14,617 bases of DNA from assembly GCA_035623825.1 (NCBI GenBank), contig DASPSR010000035.1, positions 1 to 14,617 on the forward strand. The letters run 5' to 3'. Positions 8,260 to 14,617 of the stretch are shown in pieces. Positions within the stretch are counted from its first letter, which is position 1. Every line of letters starts with the position of its first letter. The DNA is from Nitrospirota bacterium (GTDB lineage: Bacteria > Nitrospirota > UBA9217). The notes below the pieces were generated by a model that searched no databases, was not told the DNA's origin, and saw nothing but the letters and a program-made list of their open reading frames with translations. The translations under genes were made by a program, and so were the position numbers.

Positions 8260-9012
8260 ATGATGATCGATAAGCACACGCTTGCGATGGTCAGCATAGT
8301 CGGCAGTTCACTTGACGTGATCGGCGCGCTGTACCTCGCCTACGATCTCTTGGGTGGGGAACACGGGCCACTGCGGACTCTTACCAGAGGAGTCACCTAC
8401 GGCGTCCTCTTCGGAGGCGGGTACGGCTTCGTTCTCGGTCCGGTATTTGGACTCGTGAGCGGCGTGGCGCACGGTATCACATTCGCCTTGGAGTTTTCCC
8501 GCGCTTCGATGCATAGACCGAAGCCGGGATTCTGGTATGACACGGCGATGAGCGCCATTCGCGGAGGCGGCTTCGCTCTGGGAGCTGCCTATTTATATGG
8601 AGCCACATTTGGTGCCACGTTCGGCGCACTGAGCACGGTGGGACAAGTAATTGGTTACGAAGCCAGCATGCGACCGACCATCGACTATCAACCTGCCACC
8701 CGTCCGCGTCTGACCAAACGCCAATTTCTCGGGGCATTGAACCGAACAGCTGGCTACGCCGTTGCCGGTTATATCAGTGCCTTAACTATCCATCAGCGCG
8801 CGAACGCGCTGAGCATCGGGTTGAAAACCGGACTGATCATTGGGGCGGTCACGGCAATCTTCGGTGCATGCACGCCTTTCATTGAATGGTTTGCAGATCA
8901 TGTACCCGAGAAGCGCATGGCTGTCTTTGGAGTTGGCCTGATCCTGCTTGGTTTCGCGCTTCAATCCTTCCAGTACTGGCTGATGTTGCTCGACGTGAGT
9001 ATTCGTTATTAG
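8260..9012 (+). CDS. Hypothetical multi-pass, glycine-rich membrane protein
   Basis: A 250 aa ORF with several hydrophobic Gly-rich segments. No family recognised. Confidence 0.75.
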   Translation: MMIDKHTLAMVSIVGSSLDVIGALYLAYDLLGGEHGPLRTLTRGVTYGVLFGGGYGFVLGPVFGLVSGVAHGITFALEFSRASMHRPKPGFWYDTAMSAIRGGGFALGAAYLYGATFGATFGALSTVGQVIGYEASMRPTIDYQPATRPRLTKRQFLGALNRTAGYAVAGYISALTIHQRANALSIGLKTGLIIGAVTAIFGACTPFIEWFADHVPEKRMAVFGVGLILLGFALQSFQYWLMLLDVSIRY

Positions 9013-9162
9013 GCTTCTCGATGGCGGATAGGGAGAGACTCCAGTGATTGATTTCTTCCTAAAGATGTGACGAAATCGAAAATATCACAGATTGTAGTAT
9101 TCATCTAGGATTAACAAGTCAGTTAGTTGAATTTAATTACGGGGGGATAGCGAGGAAACTGA

Positions 9163-10656
9163 GTGTATCGTAGAATATGGAGAGCCATCTTAGATCTGCT
9201 GACAGTCAATCCCTTGAAGCTGTTCTTCCGCGGGTTGTTCATCGTTGTCATTGCCCTGCCGGCATTGATGATGATGCTTATCAATATCAGTCACTATACT
9301 GGAGACTCGACACAGACGGTACTGAAAGAAAAGGAAACCCAAAGCCTTCTTGCCGCTACCATTGTTACTGAAAAGTTGAACGGATATTTTGACCTGACCA
9401 GGTCGTTCGCAACAAGGCCACTCTTGATTCGCAATGTCGAGAAAGCAGACTGGGAAGCAGCCCTGCACGTTCTTGATGGTTTATTGGATCATTATCCGAA
9501 CATTGTCCGGATCGTACTCTACGACACTCATGCCGTAATTAAGGCTGATATGCCCCCTGCCGGAGTTGTAAGCCAAAGCCGCGCGGACAAGGAATGGTAC
9601 AGGGAATATTCCAAGGTTCAGGGGCCGTATTTATCGGGAGTCTATCAGCGGACGGCGAAGCCGCGATATTTTGTCGTCAGTATCAACATGCCGGTCTACC
9701 CATTGCGAAGCGAGAAAGACGCCCTCGAGAAGGATATAAGGCCTATCGCTATTCTTCAAACGCAGTTAAATTTGGATTTCTTCCATAACTTTACCCACAC
9801 TGATGTCGGCATCCCAGGCCTGATTTATATTTTTGACCAACACGGACACATAGTTTACCATCCTAATTATCCGAATAGCGATAAGATCATCGATTTTTCC
9901 TCGGTCGAAATAGTGCAGAAGACATTGAGCGGCAAGAGTGGCGCAGAACTCAACTTCAATCCGGTTGATCGGGAAACGAGAGTCGCCGGTTACCGGACAA
10001 TTCCGAAATACGGGTGGGGCGTTGTGGTAACCCAGGCGGTGAAAGATGCATTTGCCGCACGCGATGAGATGGTTCGGTCTCTTTATATTGTGTATATCTC
10101 GATTACCGGCTTAGCTGTTCTGCTAGGTCTCGCGATTTTGTACATCTTTATAAGCCAGAAGGAATCAGAGGAAAAACTTAAGGACTTGGCGTTGCTGGAT
10201 GAATTGACCGGCCTGCACAACCGACGCGGGTTTCTGCTGCTGTCTCAACAGCAGATGAAAGAGGCTGACAGGATGAGACAAAGTTTATTCCTTGCCTATG
10301 TAGATATCAACAAGCTGAAATTAATTAACGACCGCTTTGGTCATGAGGAAGGAGACCGGGCGATTATCGACACCGCGACTATTATCAGACAAGTCTTTCG
10401 CGATGTTGACATCAAAGCGAGGATAGGCGGGGATGAATTCGTGGCACTCGGCATGATCACAGATAGTTTCAATATCGAAACCATCCAAAACAGATTTCAG
10501 AGTTATTCCGCGGAGAACATCGGCGAGAGCAATCGTCCTTATACCTTGTCACTCAGTACTGGAATCACGCTCTATGATCCAAGCGAGCCATGCCGGATCG
10601 AGGATCTGATGGTACGAGGAGATCAAGCGATGTATGAAATCAAGTCTCGACTCTAA
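9163..10656 (+). CDS. Membrane-bound Cache-sensor diguanylate cyclase
   Basis: Two TM segments flank a Cache-like region (IYIFDQHGHIVYHP, YGWGVVVTQ). It has DELTGLHNRR, KLINDRFGHEEGD and RIGGDEF, and an intact RxxD I-site (RDVD) five residues before GGDEF. GTG start with GAGGA upstream. Confidence 0.92.
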   Translation: MYRRIWRAILDLLTVNPLKLFFRGLFIVVIALPALMMMLINISHYTGDSTQTVLKEKETQSLLAATIVTEKLNGYFDLTRSFATRPLLIRNVEKADWEAALHVLDGLLDHYPNIVRIVLYDTHAVIKADMPPAGVVSQSRADKEWYREYSKVQGPYLSGVYQRTAKPRYFVVSINMPVYPLRSEKDALEKDIRPIAILQTQLNLDFFHNFTHTDVGIPGLIYIFDQHGHIVYHPNYPNSDKIIDFSSVEIVQKTLSGKSGAELNFNPVDRETRVAGYRTIPKYGWGVVVTQAVKDAFAARDEMVRSLYIVYISITGLAVLLGLAILYIFISQKESEEKLKDLALLDELTGLHNRRGFLLLSQQQMKEADRMRQSLFLAYVDINKLKLINDRFGHEEGDRAIIDTATIIRQVFRDVDIKARIGGDEFVALGMITDSFNIETIQNRFQSYSAENIGESNRPYTLSLSTGITLYDPSEPCRIEDLMVRGDQAMYEIKSRL

Positions 10657-10938
10657 GGAGCGTCTACAGTTCGAGAATCTATACTTCGTACACAGTTTGC
10701 TTCAATCAGAACGAGCTAAGACTCTTCCCCCTGGAAACTTTCTGTTGTGTTGACAAATTGGGGCTCAAAGGAAGACTGTTCACTAACTAGTTATAGTTGC
10801 CATGCGCATTCTGTCGGAAATACCACTTGTAAATGTCACAATGGATTGGGGCACAGTCAAGTTGAATTAGACAAAATTTCTTTCACAATCGTGTTTTCCT
10901 GAAGATAACTATCATGATTTAACCGGAGGTTATTTATT

Positions 10939-11766
10939 ATGAGCTTATTTTCAATAGATGAAGCAAAATGTAAACGTGACGGGATTTGCGCCGCCGAATG
11001 TCCAAGAAGGCTCATCGAAATGAAGGTTGGGTCATCGATACCGACACCTGTTGAGGATGCAGAAGATCGGTGTATAAAGTGTGGTCATTGCGTAGCCGTA
11101 TGTCCGAACGGAGCTCTTACTCATTCTGCCTTAAAAACCACCGATTTCTCACCGGTAAGAAAAGAAATGGCACTGACAACCGAACAGGCAGAGCATTTTC
11201 TAAGATCACGCCGATCTATCCGTACGTACCAAGAGAGAACGATTGAACCCGATAAGATTGAAAAACTCATCCAGATTGCACGATACGCACCGACAGGGAC
11301 CAACAGCCAGCAGGTGAAATGGCTGGTCGTGAACTCGCGTGAGAAAGTAAAAAATATGGCAGCTATGACCGTCGATCTGATGCGTCATATGATCAAGAAT
11401 AAGAATCCCCTTTCGGATAGGTATCGCCTTGCCAATATCGTAGCAGCGTGGGATTCGGGCACCGACCTCGTTTCCCGCAACGCGCCCGCGCTCGTCATCG
11501 CCTATGCGCCGAAAGAATACGGTTTGGCGCAGGTCGATTGCACATCTGCGCTTTGCTATCTGGATCTGACAGCGCCGACCTTGGGCTTAGGAAGCTGCTG
11601 GGCTGGCTTCCTCATGATTGGGGCACTCCATTGGCCGCCATTTCAGCAAGCGCTTGCACTTCCCGAAGGCCACGCAAGTTATGGGATCATGATGATTGGA
11701 TACCCAAAATATCATTACTATCTATTGCCTCCTCGGAACAAGGCAAACATCGGATGGCAAAAGTAA
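10939..11766 (+). CDS. Nitroreductase family protein with an N-terminal 2x[4Fe-4S] ferredoxin domain
   Basis: RBS GGAGG. Cluster motifs CKRDGICAAECP and CIKCGHCVAVCP. FMN-binding motifs RRSIRTY, APTGTNSQ, LGLGSCWAG and IGYP. Confidence 0.92.
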   Translation: MSLFSIDEAKCKRDGICAAECPRRLIEMKVGSSIPTPVEDAEDRCIKCGHCVAVCPNGALTHSALKTTDFSPVRKEMALTTEQAEHFLRSRRSIRTYQERTIEPDKIEKLIQIARYAPTGTNSQQVKWLVVNSREKVKNMAAMTVDLMRHMIKNKNPLSDRYRLANIVAAWDSGTDLVSRNAPALVIAYAPKEYGLAQVDCTSALCYLDLTAPTLGLGSCWAGFLMIGALHWPPFQQALALPEGHASYGIMMIGYPKYHYYLLPPRNKANIGWQK

Positions 11767-12096
11767 GACATCTTTTACTATAGGAAAGGAACATTTGGGA
11801 CATCAGTTCTCAACAATCAAATTTTACTGTTTTCATCTTGAATGTTGGAGTTCTCATCTTTCGTAACAATCTTTGTTTTATTCCAAAATTAGTTTCCTCT
11901 TTCCCTCTTGTTTCAGTTGAAAATGCAATAAAGTGTAAAGTTGCAAATTCTGGAAATTGACAAGGTCTTGTACCAGTGATTGACTTTTTAATCAGTTTCC
12001 AAAAAAACACCTTATATTAATAAAGTTATGTAAGGCACGTTGAAGAAATCCTTTTTTATTTTTTACCTTGGCGGACAATGATGAAAGGAGGATGTT

Positions 12097-12930
12097 ATGG
12101 GAAAGCAAAGGGAAGAAAGTAGGTTGTATACCCGCCGGAGCATTCTGAGAGGATCTGCTATGCTCCTTGTTGGAGGGATCGCAGGTCGTATCAGCAGCGC
12201 CTATGGTGCACCAACGCCTGCTACAGTTGCAGCACCACCTCTGCCGTGGAAGTGGGTCAAGCTTGATCCCTTGGAGGCTGGCAGGCGCGCATATCGTGCT
12301 TATCTAAAAGAGGGCGGCTGAGGCAACGGAGCCTGGCTGGGGGTCCTCAGCCTCTTAAGAGAACAAGTCGGTTATCCCTGGACTACGTTGCCGGACTACA
12401 TGTTCGCTCATGCTGCGGCAGGGTATGGAGGACAGGGCACTCTTTGCGGTGCTCTCGGAGTTTGCAGTGCCCTTATCAATATGGTCGAATATGACAAGGA
12501 TAAGACATATGCGGTAATGGTGGACAATCTATTGGACTGGTATGCAAGGTCCTCATTCCCGACGGACCGGTTCGATGATATCTCTACGATGCCGAAACAG
12601 ATCCAGACCCAAGCGTTGTCGCCGCTCTGCCACACGTCAGTTTCGAAGTGGACCATAGCTGCCGGTGTACAGGTCACTTCCAAGGAAAAGAAGGAGCGTT
12701 GCGCTAAGGTAACGGGCGAAGTTGTTTATACGACGGTCCACTATTTCAATCTCTATACAGAAGGCAAGTGGCAACCCACAAAATGGACACCAAAAAAGGA
12801 GTTTGCCCATTGCATTGATTGCCATGGACCTGATGACATGTGGCATACCAAGGACGGCATGAACCACCAGCAGGGGCATATGGACTGTATGCTATGCCAC
12901 CAGGACCATACGAAGACGTCTGCAAAATAA
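12097..12930 (+). CDS. Tat-exported split-Soret cytochrome c-like (C-GCAxxG-C-C family) diheme protein; probable selenoprotein, 277 aa, Sec at codon 75
   Basis: ORFs 12097..12321 and 12388..12930 share one frame, and the only stop between them is TGA 12319-12321 (YLKEGG-U-GNGAWLG). RBS AAAGGAGG, Tat motif TRRSILR, motifs TLCGA, PLCHTSV and ERCA, and C-terminal CIDCH and CMLCH. Confidence 0.85.
12335..12352 (+). promoter_or_regulatory. Candidate bacterial SECIS hairpin
   Basis: GGCTGGG-GGTC-CTCAGCC forms a 7-bp stem with one G-U pair. The GGUC loop starts 20 nt after the UGA and resembles the GGUC in the E. coli fdhF SECIS loop. Confidence 0.7.
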
Positions 12931-12969
12931 AGTTATAAAGAAAAAGAAGAGGACTATAAATAAGAGAAG

Positions 12970-13006
12970 AGTGGGCTACCCCCTTTGGAGAACGGAGTAG
13001 TCCACT
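12970..13006. terminator. Hairpin downstream of the cytochrome gene; possible terminator
   Basis: AGTGGGCTAC...GTAGTCCACT inverted repeat. There is no strong U-tract on the plus strand; the minus side is followed by T-rich sequence. Confidence 0.35.
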
Positions 13007-13141
13007 TGTACTCCAGGTCATGATCTTTCGTCATCTCCACGACAGATCTTCGACAGATCGCATTGACAGCTTAATCCACAAACGAAATGGTGAATGTCGC
13101 GTGCGAAATGTGCTGTTGAATTCATCCTCTTTTAAGGAGGT

Positions 13142-13147
13142 TGTCAA
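13142..13147 (-). promoter_or_regulatory. Outward-facing -35 box of the IS circle-junction promoter
   Basis: A perfect TTGACA lies 16 nt from the inferred element end. IS110/IS1111 elements are known to form a promoter at the circle junction. Confidence 0.65.
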
Positions 13148-13177
13148 GTTTTTTTAAGAATCATCTGTTAAAGTTTT

Positions 13178-13352
13178 GTGGTTGTGGTGATGCTTCACCC
13201 TGTGTTCCCTTTACCTAACCTCTTTTGTTTTTCGAGCCTTATGCTCAACTTACTTTATTCAGGTCAAAGGGGTGGTGGAAGCAGACCAAGCTGAATCGTG
13301 CAAGCCACTATGTGCCTACGATGATGTACGGTCCTCCTTCCACCACAACCAC
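13178..13352 (-). ncRNA. Predicted bridge/seek RNA of the IS element
   Basis: Two consecutive stem/internal-loop/stem hairpins (13346-13272 and 13271-13207) sit inside a perfect 12-bp inverted repeat (13178-13189 with 13341-13352). One loop strand matches the element end over 8 nt. Confidence 0.75.
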
Positions 13353-13366
13353 GCTGTCATTTTTAT

Positions 13367-14617
13367 TTATGCCGCCAGAGAAAAACTCACCGTATCTTGA
13401 AATTCCCGCTTGTCTCTCAAAAGGGCAAAGATCACTTTGATCATCTTTATAGCAACGGCACACAAGGCCTCTTTTTTCTTGAGCAACTGGCCGAATCGGT
13501 TCTTTGTCTCCAGCCTTCGTTGGTAATACGCATGAAAGAACTTGCTGTGAACAACCGCTCTCAAACTCATGAGGTACAGGAATTTTCTTAACAGCCAGCG
13601 GCCCTTCTTCGAGATAACCTTCCTGCCTATCTTTTTTCCGGAATCCGACTCCTGAGGGTCATACCCCGCATACTTGATTATCTGTTTGGCATGGTGAAAG
13701 TACACGGGATTCCCTAGCTCACCCAAAAAGACGGCTGCCGAGAGATGTCCCATACCCGGGATGGAGAGCAGGTATCGGGAAGAGGGGAGCTGGTTCAATA
13801 AAGCCTTTAGTTCCTTTTGAATCTCCTTTAGCATCCTCTCGGTCCGTCTTACCTCTTTAAGGCATACCATCAAGCGGTAGCGGTCAGCGGCACCAATCAT
13901 CTTCAACCCGATGCTCGTTTGGGCCGCCAAATACAGGGCCGAGGCCTTCTGAACAGCCTCTGCCTTCCTCCGTGAAGCTTTTGCAATGATGTTTGCCAAG
14001 GCCGATTGCTTAAATTTCAGTACATCCTCCGGGAAGGGGCAGGTATCCAGAATCGCCCATAACCCTTTCGAGTTCATCGCCCAGAAGATCTTCTTCAGTT
14101 CGGGGAAGTAATCGTCGAGCACCGCGTGAAGCATGCTCTTTGCCCCAGTGTTGTGTTTTTGGATCTTCTCCCGCACCTTCGATAATGTCCGCAGCTGCCT
14201 GGCGACGCCATCCTCAATGATGGTATCGATGTATTTCCCTTCCCGCGTAAGATTCGTTAACGTCAAGGCATCTTTGATGTCGCTTTTCGCCGATGAGCTC
14301 TCGTTGAGCTCACGTTCATGCTTTAAAGAGGTCGTCCGTATGAACCGGACAGCATATCCCTGGTCCTTGGCAAAATAGGCGATCTTTCTCCAATAATGGC
14401 CGGTTGGCTCCAGCCCGATAAGAACGTCCTTGAACCCATGCTTCGCTTTTAGCTCTTCCGTCGTTCGCACGAACTTATCGAACCCTTCCCGGGAGTTATA
14501 CACCTTTGGAAGCCTGCCAAGGATGTTGCCGTCCTTGTTCATGAACCCAATCGCATTAAAATCTGCGCCTATGTCTATCCCCATAACCAGCGTTGTCCTC
14601 TTTATCCTTTGACGCCT
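13367..14617 (-). CDS. IS110-family DEDD transposase/recombinase, N-terminus truncated by the window edge
   Basis: The frame is open to 14617 (RRQRIKRTTLVMGIDIG). RuvC-like DEDD residues occur in GIDIG, LEPTG and KSDIKDA. The C-terminal domain has SIPGMG, YAGYDP..SDSG (catalytic Ser), ISKKG...LR and A..AVA.K. Confidence 0.95.
   Translation of the reverse strand, partial: RRQRIKRTTLVMGIDIGADFNAIGFMNKDGNILGRLPKVYNSREGFDKFVRTTEELKAKHGFKDVLIGLEPTGHYWRKIAYFAKDQGYAVRFIRTTSLKHERELNESSSAKSDIKDALTLTNLTREGKYIDTIIEDGVARQLRTLSKVREKIQKHNTGAKSMLHAVLDDYFPELKKIFWAMNSKGLWAILDTCPFPEDVLKFKQSALANIIAKASRRKAEAVQKASALYLAAQTSIGLKMIGAADRYRLMVCLKEVRRTERMLKEIQKELKALLNQLPSSRYLLSIPGMGHLSAAVFLGELGNPVYFHHAKQIIKYAGYDPQESDSGKKIGRKVISKKGRWLLRKFLYLMSLRAVVHSKFFHAYYQRRLETKNRFGQLLKKKEALCAVAIKMIKVIFALLRDKREFQDTVSFSLAA

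Larger units (their letters stand above)
13126..14617 (-). mobile_element. IS110-family insertion sequence of IS1111-type architecture (long 3' non-coding end); left end outside the window
   Basis: A DEDD transposase is followed by a ~240 nt structured non-coding end and an outward-facing TTGACA at 13147-13142. The right boundary is inferred near 13126. Confidence 0.85.

Noticed and set aside
11810-12010. 66 aa minus-strand ORF and an FNR-like TGATT..AATCA dyad near 11977-11994
   Set aside because: The ORF has no support, and the dyad spacing does not fit TTGAT-N4-ATCAA.
12388-12930. Independent 180 aa gene starting at TTG
   Set aside because: No RBS or export signal; better explained as the continuation of 12097 through the UGA.
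13225-13440. 71 aa plus-strand ORF over the IS end
   Set aside because: It lies antisense to the transposase end and the predicted ncRNA; RNA structure explains the sequence better.

Overview
A mosaic accessory region from a bacterium of moderate GC content, probably an anaerobe. Both ends fall inside genes. In order, the window holds: the 3' part of an OprB-type porin; a degenerate tRNA-fMet-like 3' fragment; a PIN toxin/antitoxin pair on the minus strand with a perfect, probably leaderless sigma70 promoter; a DUF1254/DUF1214 protein; a secreted hypothetical protein; a patatin-like phospholipase; a cupredoxin-like secreted protein; a membrane hypothetical protein; a Cache-GGDEF diguanylate cyclase; a ferredoxin-nitroreductase fusion; a Tat-exported split-Soret-like diheme cytochrome; and an IS110-family (IS1111-type) element. 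Three things stand out. (1) The IS right end encodes a two-hairpin bridge/seek-like RNA whose loop strands match the element end and the flanking target. (2) The cytochrome, split in two by the ORF track, is one gene with an in-frame UGA, a SECIS-like hairpin and a competing stem that buries the UGA. (3) A ~77 bp dispersed repeat with a tRNA-anticodon-arm-like core brackets the cargo genes. All family calls come from motifs read by eye; no searches were run.
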